From a virus: DNA of 16,572 bases. The stretch lies in IMG/VR virus record IMGVR_UViG_3300013426_000031; one strand, 5' to 3'. Numbering within the stretch: the stretch's first letter is position 1; each line of letters begins with the position of its first letter. Positions 6,851 to 14,109 of this stretch are shown piece by piece. Below the pieces are notes generated by a model. The model saw nothing but the letters and a program-made list of their open reading frames with translations. It had not been told where the DNA came from and did no database searches. Both the position numbers and the translations under genes were made by a program.

Positions 6851-7953
6851 CTTAAACTCTCCTTTATTTCATCTACTTTATCAAGTCGTTCCCAAGGACT
6901 ATTACACTCCGGTCTGCCGAATTGCCCAAAACAAGCATACGGAAGATACTGAGTTTCGCGCAAATCAAGATTATTGATAATAGCTTTACCATTATAATTA
7001 AATGTAATGTCCGCGATTTCTTTAAGTTTTTCTACGGATACTTCTGGATTAATTGGATTAAGATTAATCTCAAAAGGCTTATCCCATTGCGCAGTATAAG
7101 CCAACTGAACAGTCATAGCATCACATGCACCTGCAGCGACAAAATTCTTAGCAATATAGCGTGCCATATAAGTGCCATAGCGCCCACAATAATTAATGCT
7201 CTTACCATAGCCGTTTACGCCCATCGGGCAATAAGAACCATAAGCATTTTCTACCGCCTTGATGCCGGACACACCAAAAGTATCGGGAATATCAGATAGG
7301 GGATTAACATAGAATCGGCAATTCTTATCCACTTCATATCCAAGAGTAGCAATATTGCAAATGTTAGTAATGTCTGGGATAATATCCTGTGGGTCTTTTA
7401 CATCTTTGTATCTAATACTATATACAATACTATCAATACACTTGAATTTACCGTCTTCGTATCGCGCACTTACTTGGCATCTACCGTAAGGTAATGCCCA
7501 ATATAGCTCTTGCTTCTGCATTTTACTAAATGTAATTACTGAAATATTTTGGGCAGTAATTTGCGCAATAGGCATAAAATCAGTAGTCTCATTACAAGCA
7601 TAACCATATGCCGGTCCATATTCCCCACTACCAATATCTTCGACAAACCAATTTACATCGGTTCTAATGTTGTTGATAAATATACAAGTATTACAGTTAA
7701 AACCAGCTACATCATTATTATATCCAATAAAACGTAATGTTTCTTTTGCAATTTCTTCATAAGGAATAGTCCTATTTATCTGTCCCACTACCCCAGATAA
7801 AATAACTGTATTAGAGAAGATACTACAATGAATATTAATTAATGCATCGCAATCAAATTGTAAAATATAATCAGTAATACTTTCTACTATTTGGTCGCAT
7901 ACTTTATTGTATTCTCCAGAGAAACTACTTGAACAAGTATAATAGTTATTCAT
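6847..7953 (-). CDS. Divergent S-adenosylmethionine synthetase (MetK/MAT) homolog, 368 aa, with substituted catalytic motifs (possible pseudoenzyme)
   Basis: I aligned it by eye to E. coli MetK across all three domains:
- TCSSSFSGEYNKVCDQIVESITDYIL against [26 protein letters not shown];
- LRFIGY against VREIGY;
- GSGEYGPAYGYACNETTDFMP against [21 protein letters not shown];
- YEDGKFKCIDSIVYS against YDDGKIVGIDAVVLS;
- YMARYIAKNFVAAG against AARYVAKNIVAAG;
- FGQFGRPE against YGHFGREH. Confidence 0.72.
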   Translation of the reverse strand: MNNYYTCSSSFSGEYNKVCDQIVESITDYILQFDCDALINIHCSIFSNTVILSGVVGQINRTIPYEEIAKETLRFIGYNNDVAGFNCNTCIFINNIRTDVNWFVEDIGSGEYGPAYGYACNETTDFMPIAQITAQNISVITFSKMQKQELYWALPYGRCQVSARYEDGKFKCIDSIVYSIRYKDVKDPQDIIPDITNICNIATLGYEVDKNCRFYVNPLSDIPDTFGVSGIKAVENAYGSYCPMGVNGYGKSINYCGRYGTYMARYIAKNFVAAGACDAMTVQLAYTAQWDKPFEINLNPINPEVSVEKLKEIADITFNYNGKAIINNLDLRETQYLPYACFGQFGRPECNSPWERLDKVDEIKESLR

Positions 7954-7954
7954 T

Positions 7955-8398
7955 TTATTCCTCTCTTTTAACTACTTCATCTAATTCAACTATACAAGCT
8001 TTTGCAAAATATTCCCAATTTGAATAATTTTTATCATTCCAATCATAATATTTTAATGCTGTATGCGCTGAACATCTTTCTTGACTATAAAATGTACTTC
8101 CATCCATTTCAATAGGAAAATAATAATTATCTTTATCTCCATAAGGGGTTCTAATAATTATATGTTTATATAAAGCTTTACCTTCTTTATCACATCTATT
8201 AACTGTATAAGTACAATGATTAATATAATCTTCAACCATTGGATTAGTTAAGTCTTTTTTACCAAAATATTCTTCTGCTATTTCCTTTAAAATAGAACTA
8301 ATTAAAAATTGCTGATTCTCTTTATTTCTTTTATTACTAATGAATTCTTTAATTAATTCATCTTTAGGATTATAAAATTTATATTTTAAATAAGTCAT
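7955..8398 (-). CDS. Hypothetical 147-aa protein; very AT-rich gene
   Basis: The ATG at 8398 is the first gene after the class II promoter. Its stop lies 1 nt before the MetK-like start. Confidence 0.6.
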   Translation of the reverse strand: MTYLKYKFYNPKDELIKEFISNKRNKENQQFLISSILKEIAEEYFGKKDLTNPMVEDYINHCTYTVNRCDKEGKALYKHIIIRTPYGDKDNYYFPIEMDGSTFYSQERCSAHTALKYYDWNDKNYSNWEYFAKACIVELDEVVKREE

Positions 8399-8437
8399 AT
8401 TTCTTTTATATATTTTCTTTCTTATTTATTTTATATA

Positions 8438-8470
8438 TAAATTATAACAAAAATTTTTTCTTTTTTCAAA
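8438..8470 (-). promoter_or_regulatory. Class II sigma70/sigmaA-type promoter: -35 TTGAAA (8469..8464), 17-nt spacer, extended -10 TGTTATAAT (8449..8441)
   Basis: Read on the minus strand: TTGAAAaaagaaaaaatttttgTTATAAT. It matches the consensus and resembles the site at 3611-3645. Confidence 0.6.
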
Positions 8471-8480
8471 TAATTATTGA

Positions 8481-8511
8481 AAGAATAAAACGCAAAGCGT
8501 TTTATTCTTTC
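8481..8511 (-). terminator. Stem-loop terminator, likely bidirectional, ending the unit 10920->8502
   Basis: A perfect 11-bp stem (gaataaaacgc / gcgttttattc) closes a 3-nt loop, with A/T tracts on both sides. Confidence 0.55.
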
Positions 8512-8753
8512 ATGGACACTGCATAGTTGCATCCAGTGCGGAACCAGCAGGCTCGAAGGAACTCTTCGTATGTGGAGTACTCATCTTTATGTTCCGGCCA
8601 CCATTCACGGGCAAGGTCTTTAACAAAACCGCATGCTATCTTACGCAATTGCTCTTGCGAAAAGTTGGCATCGCAACAAACATTATCCTTCTCACCAAAA
8701 GGTGTCCAAGCTTCAATAAACTTTTGAGTTAGAGTAAATTCCGGCGTTTTCAT
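8502..8753 (-). CDS. Hypothetical 83-aa protein; GC-rich relative to its surroundings
   Basis: I prefer the internal ATG at 8753 (MKTPEFTLTQKF), which has AGGAGG upstream, over the listed 102-aa form. The listed N-terminal extension overlaps the upstream gene and has no RBS. Confidence 0.55.
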   Translation of the reverse strand: MKTPEFTLTQKFIEAWTPFGEKDNVCCDANFSQEQLRKIACGFVKDLAREWWPEHKDEYSTYEEFLRACWFRTGCNYAVSMKE

Positions 8754-8758
8754 AAGGT

Positions 8759-8992
8759 TTATCCTCCTTGACCTGATGCAACCGCGACGGGCACACAAGT
8801 AAAATAACATTTATTATAGACTTCCATTACATTCTTATACTCCTGGTTATGTTCTTCAAAGTATTTAAATGCAATATCTAAAAGACTTTCTGGAACAATG
8901 TTATACATTTCTGCTTCTCGCGCTGTTGCTGTTATACTATTGGCTTCTTTGCCATCCGGTGTATAAAAAGTATAATCATAATTTTGCGACAT
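8759..8992 (-). CDS. Hypothetical 77-aa protein
   Basis: The ATG at 8992 has AGGAGG upstream. Confidence 0.6.
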   Translation of the reverse strand: MSQNYDYTFYTPDGKEANSITATAREAEMYNIVPESLLDIAFKYFEEHNQEYKNVMEVYNKCYFTCVPVAVASGQGG

Positions 8993-9054
8993 ATAAATTA
9001 TCCTCCTTTGCCCAAATGCGCTTGCAATTCTTCAAAAATTTTTGTATAATATAA

Positions 9055-9510
9055 TTAAGAAATATGAATACTCATATCATTTAAATAATACCGCTCTTCC
9101 GTATTACCCGCGTAGTAGCAAAGCCACCAAGGCAATGTCCCCACCTTGTATACTCCCCACTTACATTTAATATAACAGGGTTCATCGTTTGTCCTATAAT
9201 AAGTATTATTATCAAGAGTATCATCATTATAATAACCTGTATCGGCAAACCTTACCCACACTGAACCACTATTGGAAAATGTAATATAATTATCGTCCAT
9301 AGGTTCAAGAAAATGCTGTTCAATGCTATACTCACAATTCTCTTCAGTTGGAGTAAATGCTGTACCAAAAATGACACAAAAGAAAGTCGTAGCGATAACC
9401 CCGGTGCATGTGATTGCAATAAAAATCCAAATTCTTCCACCAATAGACGTATATTCCGCGGTTATTGCACAAAGAATAGCAATGATTAATGTGATACAAA
9501 TCCAAACCAT
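9055..9510 (-). CDS. Membrane protein, 151 aa, two TM helices, Tyr/Asp-rich C-terminal domain
   Basis: The ATG at 9510 has AAGGAG upstream. Hydrophobic segments ICITLIIAILCAITA and IWIFIAITCTGVIATTFFCVIFG. Confidence 0.7.
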   Translation of the reverse strand: MVWICITLIIAILCAITAEYTSIGGRIWIFIAITCTGVIATTFFCVIFGTAFTPTEENCEYSIEQHFLEPMDDNYITFSNSGSVWVRFADTGYYNDDTLDNNTYYRTNDEPCYIKCKWGVYKVGTLPWWLCYYAGNTEERYYLNDMSIHIS

Positions 9511-9519
9511 AAGCGCTCC

Positions 9520-9585
9520 TTAATAATTATAACATAAATCAAATAGTGCAACGAGAATAATTAGAATAAAAATAATATATTCCAT
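9520..9585 (-). CDS. Candidate 21-aa hydrophobic micro-ORF (MEYIIFILIILVALFDLCYNY)
   Basis: The ATG at 9585 has GGGAGAA 6 nt upstream. It stops just before the RBS of the downstream membrane protein. This call is speculative. Confidence 0.2.
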   Translation of the reverse strand: MEYIIFILIILVALFDLCYNY

Positions 9586-9586
9586 T

Positions 9587-9925
9587 TTATTCTCCCATTG
9601 TTTGGTCATTTACGAAATCATTTACCGTATTCCAAAAGTCAAAAGAATAAGGCGACAAAAATGCGTGGTCGGGCAAAACAGCAACCTGTGTAATACCAGT
9701 CTTAGTGTCAATCATTTCAAACACTACTGCGCATCTATTGGCGCTTCCATCTTCATAAGTAAAATGCTGGAAAGCTTGCACACGAATCTTAAAACGACCC
9801 TGCCACTTTTCATCTTCTTCAATATTTTTATTCATTGCGCGAACAGTCTTCATAATCTTGCGCTTAAGGTTATTCTTGCTATGTGCGCTACGCGAGGCAC
9901 CCCAAAATGCATAATCTTCTCTCAT
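9587..9925 (-). CDS. Hypothetical 112-aa protein
   Basis: I prefer the ATG at 9925 (MREDYAFWG), with AGGAG 9 nt upstream, to the listed GTG at 9934. It shares an ATGA overlap with the upstream stop. Confidence 0.6.
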   Translation of the reverse strand: MREDYAFWGASRSAHSKNNLKRKIMKTVRAMNKNIEEDEKWQGRFKIRVQAFQHFTYEDGSANRCAVVFEMIDTKTGITQVAVLPDHAFLSPYSFDFWNTVNDFVNDQTMGE

Positions 9926-10203
9926 CTTTTCCACTCCTTAATTTTAAATTGATAAAGTCCTTTGCCATAATCGGTTTCATCTTTTACTACCACAATGATA
10001 TAATCAAAAAATGGCGCATCTTTAATTAATACATAATCAATACTTTCATGATATCCATTATCACCAAGACTTTTGGTAATTTCTTTGGTAAGACCCTCTC
10101 GCGCAATCCATACACTTTGTGTATTTGCTTTAGAGGTTTCCATCATCTGCGCGTTATATTTAGCTTTAAGAAAGCCTAAAACAATTTGATGTGTTGTCTT
10201 CAC
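9922..10203 (-). CDS. Hypothetical 93-aa protein (GTG start)
   Basis: The GTG at 10203 has AGGAG 7 nt upstream. An ATG nearby in another frame is followed immediately by TGA. Start and upstream stop overlap (GTGA). Confidence 0.55.
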   Translation of the reverse strand: MKTTHQIVLGFLKAKYNAQMMETSKANTQSVWIAREGLTKEITKSLGDNGYHESIDYVLIKDAPFFDYIIVVVKDETDYGKGLYQFKIKEWKR

Positions 10204-10577
10204 ATAATCACTCCTTTCGCGCGTAGTCTATCCTCATCTGTCATTTCTTCTGGAATAATTTCAATAATATCTTTAGTACACCACATATCTACTTCACCGG
10301 CGATATAGTCAATAAAAGCATCCCTGCCCATGCCAAGAAGAACTGCGGTTTCATAAAGATACCATTGTTCAGTAGCTTCGGCGCCCGTCTCATAGATTTC
10401 CTCTTGAAGGTATTGAATCATATAATCGGCACATTCGGCACAATAATCATAATATTCTATAAGAGCTACGTTAAAATCTTCTGTTATAATTACTCTGTCT
10501 CCTGGAAGCCAAGAATAATTATTATCCCAATGTAATCTATTATGAAAAATATAACCTGTCATATTATCACCACGCAT
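10200..10577 (-). CDS. Hypothetical acidic 125-aa protein; the alternative start at 10562 would give 120 aa
   Basis: The ATG at 10577 has no RBS and overlaps the upstream gene by 11 nt. The ATG at 10562 (MTGYIFHN) lies 4 nt after the upstream stop, with GGTGA just before it. Confidence 0.5.
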   Translation of the reverse strand: MRGDNMTGYIFHNRLHWDNNYSWLPGDRVIITEDFNVALIEYYDYCAECADYMIQYLQEEIYETGAEATEQWYLYETAVLLGMGRDAFIDYIAGEVDMWCTKDIIEIIPEEMTDEDRLRAKGVIM

Positions 10578-10920
10578 AATTTAAAAGATAAGTAGTAAAG
10601 ACGGGCGGATATTCTCCAAATGCATCAAAGAATTTCTTTTCAACTGAGTATTCGGCGCAAGCATCAATATCGAGGCAACCAATAGGTGTCGCCGCGAAAT
10701 CACTATCAAGGTCTACACTGGCTACGGTATAACCGAAGAACATATGATTACCGCCATAATAGCTTCTGGTAATGTAATCATTATCGTTCCAATCATCCAT
10801 GAGTTCTTCAATCTGCTTTTCGGTCATGTGATTGCGCTCACAATATTCCTCGAAAGTAGGAACATCATTCTCGCCAAAGAAGAAACCACGTGCAATTTTT
10901 GCGCAATAATCAATACCCAT
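10567..10920 (-). CDS. Hypothetical acidic 117-aa protein
   Basis: The ATG at 10920 has GGAGG 10 nt upstream. It is the first gene after a class I cassette. Confidence 0.65.
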   Translation of the reverse strand: MGIDYCAKIARGFFFGENDVPTFEEYCERNHMTEKQIEELMDDWNDNDYITRSYYGGNHMFFGYTVASVDLDSDFAATPIGCLDIDACAEYSVEKKFFDAFGEYPPVFTTYLLNYAW

Positions 10921-10934
10921 TTTTTATTTCCTCC

Positions 10935-10985
10935 CTATTCTTTATATATATATTATATAATATTTTTATATAAAAATAAATAAAG
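10935..10985 (-). promoter_or_regulatory. Class I conserved promoter-like motif (copy 4)
   Basis: ctattctttatatatatattatataatatttttatataaaaataaataaag matches the other class I copies. Confidence 0.55.
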
Positions 10986-11010
10986 CCAGTAGAGAATTAG
11001 TCTACTGACT
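10965..11010 (-). terminator. Rho-independent terminator ending the unit 14096->11011
   Basis: The hairpin stems are agccagtaga and tctactgact, with one mismatch, around loop aattag. TTATTTATTTTT follows on the minus strand. It lies directly 3' of the stop at 11011. Confidence 0.6.
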
Positions 11011-11496
11011 TTAAGTAATAGGTTTATAAACTCCTTTAGGAAGTGTAATAATTATATCATCATCTTCTAATGTTTTAAAAGTAAAGTAAGAGCGCCATCC
11101 TTTATATTTCGGATATGTAATACGCTTTACATTAGGTACTTCACCTTCACGGACCACACGTACAGTAATATAGTTTTTATTTATATCATATGTTTTAATT
11201 TCGCCAGTTTCAGTAAGACAAATGAGACGGTTCTCATCTCCCCAACGTACAAAAGCATTATCTTCAATAGCTTCTAATTTATATTCATATACTACTTCGG
11301 TTTCCATGTCTTCTATATCAGAGAAAGCATAGATTAATCCAGTAGATATAATAAGACATACACATGCGCACATTTCAAACAAACCAAGAAATTTAAAGAA
11401 CCATCCAATTTGCGCGGACAGTGTATCCGGTTCTTCATAAATAGATATAATAATAAAAATAACGGCGAGAATAAAAGCTAAGATAAACCAAAACAT
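11011..11496 (-). CDS. Membrane protein, 161 aa, two N-terminal TM helices
   Basis: The ATG at 11496 has GGAGGA 8 nt upstream and shares a TAATG overlap with the upstream stop. Hydrophobic segments FWFILAFILAVIFIIISI and FLGLFEMCACVCLIISTGLIYAF. Confidence 0.7.
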   Translation of the reverse strand: MFWFILAFILAVIFIIISIYEEPDTLSAQIGWFFKFLGLFEMCACVCLIISTGLIYAFSDIEDMETEVVYEYKLEAIEDNAFVRWGDENRLICLTETGEIKTYDINKNYITVRVVREGEVPNVKRITYPKYKGWRSYFTFKTLEDDDIIITLPKGVYKPIT

Positions 11497-11696
11497 TATC
11501 TCATCCTCCGTAGACCCATATGTTGAGCGAATGGCTCGTTTTCTTTATAATTAAATCTTACATCATAAAAATTATCGTGTAGACCAATAGTAGAGAAACT
11601 ATATACTTCCGCGCTAATACGTTCAAATGTAAATGCGGGGACAAGATTTGTATTAATGCTAATCAGGCGACCATCAATAGTAATAATATATTCCAT
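11496..11696 (-). CDS. Hypothetical 66-aa protein
   Basis: The ATG at 11696 has GGAGG 9 nt upstream and shares a TAATG overlap with the upstream stop. Confidence 0.55.
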   Translation of the reverse strand: MEYIITIDGRLISINTNLVPAFTFERISAEVYSFSTIGLHDNFYDVRFNYKENEPFAQHMGLRRMR

Positions 11697-11929
11697 TAAA
11701 TTTTACCTCCACAATTCATACAATAAATTTTATTATCTACAATAAGAACTTGTTCATTGCGCAAAGCAGAACCACATCTTGTGCAATAAGGCGGATTAGA
11801 GCAGAAGAGCTTGCAAGCAGGGTCTTCGGCATTAATAGCTAAGCCACTAAACATAAGGCATTTGCCAATTTCTTTAGATAAATTATTTGGCAATTTGGCG
11901 TACCCGCATCGTCCGCATTTATTTACCAC
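11696..11929 (-). CDS. Small Cys-rich 77-aa protein with four CxxC pairs (predicted zinc ribbon); GTG start
   Basis: CGRCG ... CTRCG ... CMNCG, plus further Cys residues. The GTG at 11929 has AGGAGA 7 nt upstream. Confidence 0.6.
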   Translation of the reverse strand: MVNKCGRCGYAKLPNNLSKEIGKCLMFSGLAINAEDPACKLFCSNPPYCTRCGSALRNEQVLIVDNKIYCMNCGGKI

Positions 11930-12159
11930 ATTACATTCTCCTGCATAGCATTAAGCGCCTCTTCACTTACTTCAAGACATCCATCTGGCGCAAATACATC
12001 AAGAAATACACTTTCAATTTCATCGAATTCCTTAAGAATTTTTCTCATAGCAAGAGCAAACTTTTCATCATCTTTTTCATCGCCATTTACATATACAAGG
12101 CCGGTATCAGTGCGCACCTTACCACTCATATGCCATGCAACTTTATATCTAAGATACAT
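11923..12159 (-). CDS. Hypothetical acidic 78-aa protein
   Basis: The ATG at 12159 has GGAGGA 5 nt upstream. Confidence 0.6.
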   Translation of the reverse strand: MYLRYKVAWHMSGKVRTDTGLVYVNGDEKDDEKFALAMRKILKEFDEIESVFLDVFAPDGCLEVSEEALNAMQENVMW

Positions 12160-12161
12160 AA

Positions 12162-12449
12162 TTAGTCCTCCAAAAAATTATTTTCATAGATTTTACTGAA
12201 TCCAAGAGCGCCTTCATGAAGAGAGTATGCTTCAAGGGACTTATGGCAAAGAAAAGCATATTCTTTCCAATTTTCAATAACATATTTTCCAGTAGGAACG
12301 GGAGCACACATACAAAGAGCGTTGAACGTATGTACCGCATCTTCTTGCGCACATGATAAAATGAATTCTTCAGCATCATTGCGCGTTTTAAAAGAGTACA
12401 TTCCATAAATATCATAAGCATCACTATCAATTACGGTATAAATTTTCAT
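12162..12449 (-). CDS. Paralog family member 6 of 6 (95 aa)
   Basis: MKIYTVIDSDAYDIYGMYSFKTRNDAEEFILSCAQED... shares the N-terminal core with ORFs 12452-13911. GAGGA lies 7 nt upstream. It ends in NFLED, like member 5. Confidence 0.7.
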   Translation of the reverse strand: MKIYTVIDSDAYDIYGMYSFKTRNDAEEFILSCAQEDAVHTFNALCMCAPVPTGKYVIENWKEYAFLCHKSLEAYSLHEGALGFSKIYENNFLED

Positions 12450-12451
12450 AA

Positions 12452-12727
12452 TTAATCCTCTAAATAGTTAATTTCTTTAATATAAAAATTAAATCCGCCC
12501 AAATATAAACAGATACATTCGTTATTAAGGTTTTCTTTATGCCATAAGCCACGAAGTAAATCTATATATTCTTCAAGAGTATCGGCATCTTCAAGTTTAT
12601 TAATGCCATAATTGCAGTCTCCAAAGGCTTCTTCTTCCGCAATAGAAAGAATGAGTTCTTCGGCAGACGCGCGACTATCACAGCAAATCATATCATTATT
12701 AACAGTATTCCAAACAATATATTTCAT
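12452..12727 (-). CDS. Paralog family member 5 of 6 (91 aa)
   Basis: MKYIVWNTVNNDMICCDSRASAEELILSIAEEE... GGAGG lies 9 nt upstream. It ends in NYLED. Confidence 0.7.
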   Translation of the reverse strand: MKYIVWNTVNNDMICCDSRASAEELILSIAEEEAFGDCNYGINKLEDADTLEEYIDLLRGLWHKENLNNECICLYLGGFNFYIKEINYLED

Positions 12728-13008
12728 TAATATACCTCCAGCTCTTCAATAAAATAATGTCCGCCTTTAAGCCAAAGACCAAAGCCATAATTTGTTTGGC
12801 AATTTACTTCTGGATAAAAATTTCTAATTCCATTAATCCACTCATCGTATTCATCATTATTAAAATTCATATAAACAAATGTTTCATAGAGGTCAGCTTG
12901 TGCCAAAGAAAGAATATACTCTTCAGCATTGGCTCTGGTTTCACAAAGACAGATGATTCTTTCGCTTTCTTCGGCATAATCAATTTCAAGAATTACATAT
13001 TTTTTCAT
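12727..13008 (-). CDS. Paralog family member 4 of 6 (93 aa)
   Basis: MKKYVILEIDYAEESERIICLCETRANAEEYILSLAQAD... It shares a TAATG overlap with the upstream gene and ends in ELEVY, like member 1. Confidence 0.7.
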   Translation of the reverse strand: MKKYVILEIDYAEESERIICLCETRANAEEYILSLAQADLYETFVYMNFNNDEYDEWINGIRNFYPEVNCQTNYGFGLWLKGGHYFIEELEVY

Positions 13009-13337
13009 TAAGTATACTCCTTCACACTATGATATCCATACCATTCTCCGTGTTTAATAAGTACATAGCCATAAAGAGAGATAGGTTTGTGAAACTTATT
13101 AAAGTCTTCTACTTCAGGGATAAGGTCTTCGAGATAAGATTTCATAGGGTCAGAACACAAATGGTCAATACCAACAGCGTCATACTGTTCAGGCTCATAG
13201 AGGTAATCATCAAGGAAAAGGTCATAAGCCTCTTCTTCTACACAAGAAAGAATAAGTTCTTGCGCATCGGCTGCTGTTTCACAAAAGGCTTCAATATTTA
13301 CATCATCATCATAGTGAGTATAAACAACATATCTCAT
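13008..13337 (-). CDS. Paralog family member 3 of 6 (109 aa)
   Basis: MRYVVYTHYDDDVNIEAFCETAADAQELILSCVEEE... GGAGA lies 7 nt upstream, and it shares an ATGA overlap with the upstream gene. It ends in EYT. Confidence 0.7.
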   Translation of the reverse strand: MRYVVYTHYDDDVNIEAFCETAADAQELILSCVEEEAYDLFLDDYLYEPEQYDAVGIDHLCSDPMKSYLEDLIPEVEDFNKFHKPISLYGYVLIKHGEWYGYHSVKEYT

Positions 13338-13603
13338 GAATATTCTCCAATCTTACGAATATAATAACAAAGACTTTCTGTGTAATAGTACCAAGCATCA
13401 AGATTTTTAATGCGTTTAGGTCCATATTTTTTTCTAATATGACTATAAATTCTATTAAAATGTTTAATACCATCGGCCATAGCTTTATTATATTCTTTTT
13501 CTTCTACAATGGAAAGAATTAATTCTTGGGCATCTTCTTTGGTGGCGCAAATACCAATTGGTTTATGATTTTCAGCATCGTCATAAATAACAAGATATTT
13601 CAT
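13334..13603 (-). CDS. Paralog family member 2 of 6 (89 aa)
   Basis: MKYLVIYDDAENHKPIGICATKEDAQELILSIVEEKEY... GGAGG lies upstream. It ends in EYS. Confidence 0.7.
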   Translation of the reverse strand: MKYLVIYDDAENHKPIGICATKEDAQELILSIVEEKEYNKAMADGIKHFNRIYSHIRKKYGPKRIKNLDAWYYYTESLCYYIRKIGEYS

Positions 13604-13605
13604 AA

Positions 13606-13911
13606 TTAGTAAACCTCCACCTCAGCAATGTAATACTCTCTACTATCCATAGTAAGGTCATAGCCTTCGAGGGTTTTATAACCTTCGTCATTAAGCATAC
13701 TATTATGATATTCCATAGCACTACGTCGGCATTTTAAATATTCTTCAATAGAAGAATAATCTCTATATTGCACACATCTATAAAGATAATCTTCATATTC
13801 AGTTTCTTCCATGATAGTAAGGATATATTCTTCGGCATCCGCGAGTGTATCACATGTGGTTTTAATTTGCGTGAAATCGTAGTCTTGATAATAAACTACG
13901 TAGCGTTTCAT
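13606..13911 (-). CDS. Paralog family member 1 of 6 (101 aa)
   Basis: MKRYVVYYQDYDFTQIKTTCDTLADAEEYILTIMEETEY... AGGAGG lies 8 nt upstream. It ends in EVEVY. Confidence 0.7.
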   Translation of the reverse strand: MKRYVVYYQDYDFTQIKTTCDTLADAEEYILTIMEETEYEDYLYRCVQYRDYSSIEEYLKCRRSAMEYHNSMLNDEGYKTLEGYDLTMDSREYYIAEVEVY

Positions 13912-14096
13912 TCTTCATCCTCCTCTAATACTTTATTAACAAAATAGTTAATAATTCTATTGCCTTTGGGGTCCGTGCCTGTATCTACGTAAAGGAGGAT
14001 TTCTTTAGGGTCTTCAGGCATCATCGCAGGAGGGTAGTCGCGCATAAATTGTGCCATTTTCTCAATAGTTTTAATAAGGACTTGAGTTTTTTCCAT
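13908..14096 (-). CDS. Hypothetical 62-aa protein, first gene of the unit that contains the paralog array
   Basis: The ATG at 14096 has GAGGGG upstream and lies immediately after a class I cassette. Its stop shares an ATGA overlap with paralog 1. Confidence 0.55.
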   Translation of the reverse strand: MEKTQVLIKTIEKMAQFMRDYPPAMMPEDPKEILLYVDTGTDPKGNRIINYFVNKVLEEDEE

Positions 14097-14109
14097 TCTT
14101 TATTTCCCC

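Noticed and set aside
8502-8810. Long 102-aa form of ORF 8502-8810, starting MLFYLCARRGCIRSRRINL
   Set aside because: The N-terminal extension overlaps the upstream gene 8759-8992 by about 50 nt and has no SD. An internal ATG at 8753 has a perfect AGGAGG, so I call the shorter 83-aa form.
8993-9054. Possible sigma70 promoter or operator palindrome (ttgcaagcgcatttgggcaa) in the 62-bp gap upstream of gene 8759-8992
   Set aside because: The partial dyad is imperfect, and no convincing -35 and -10 pair at proper spacing can be placed without overlapping the SD. I leave it as unexplained intergenic sequence.
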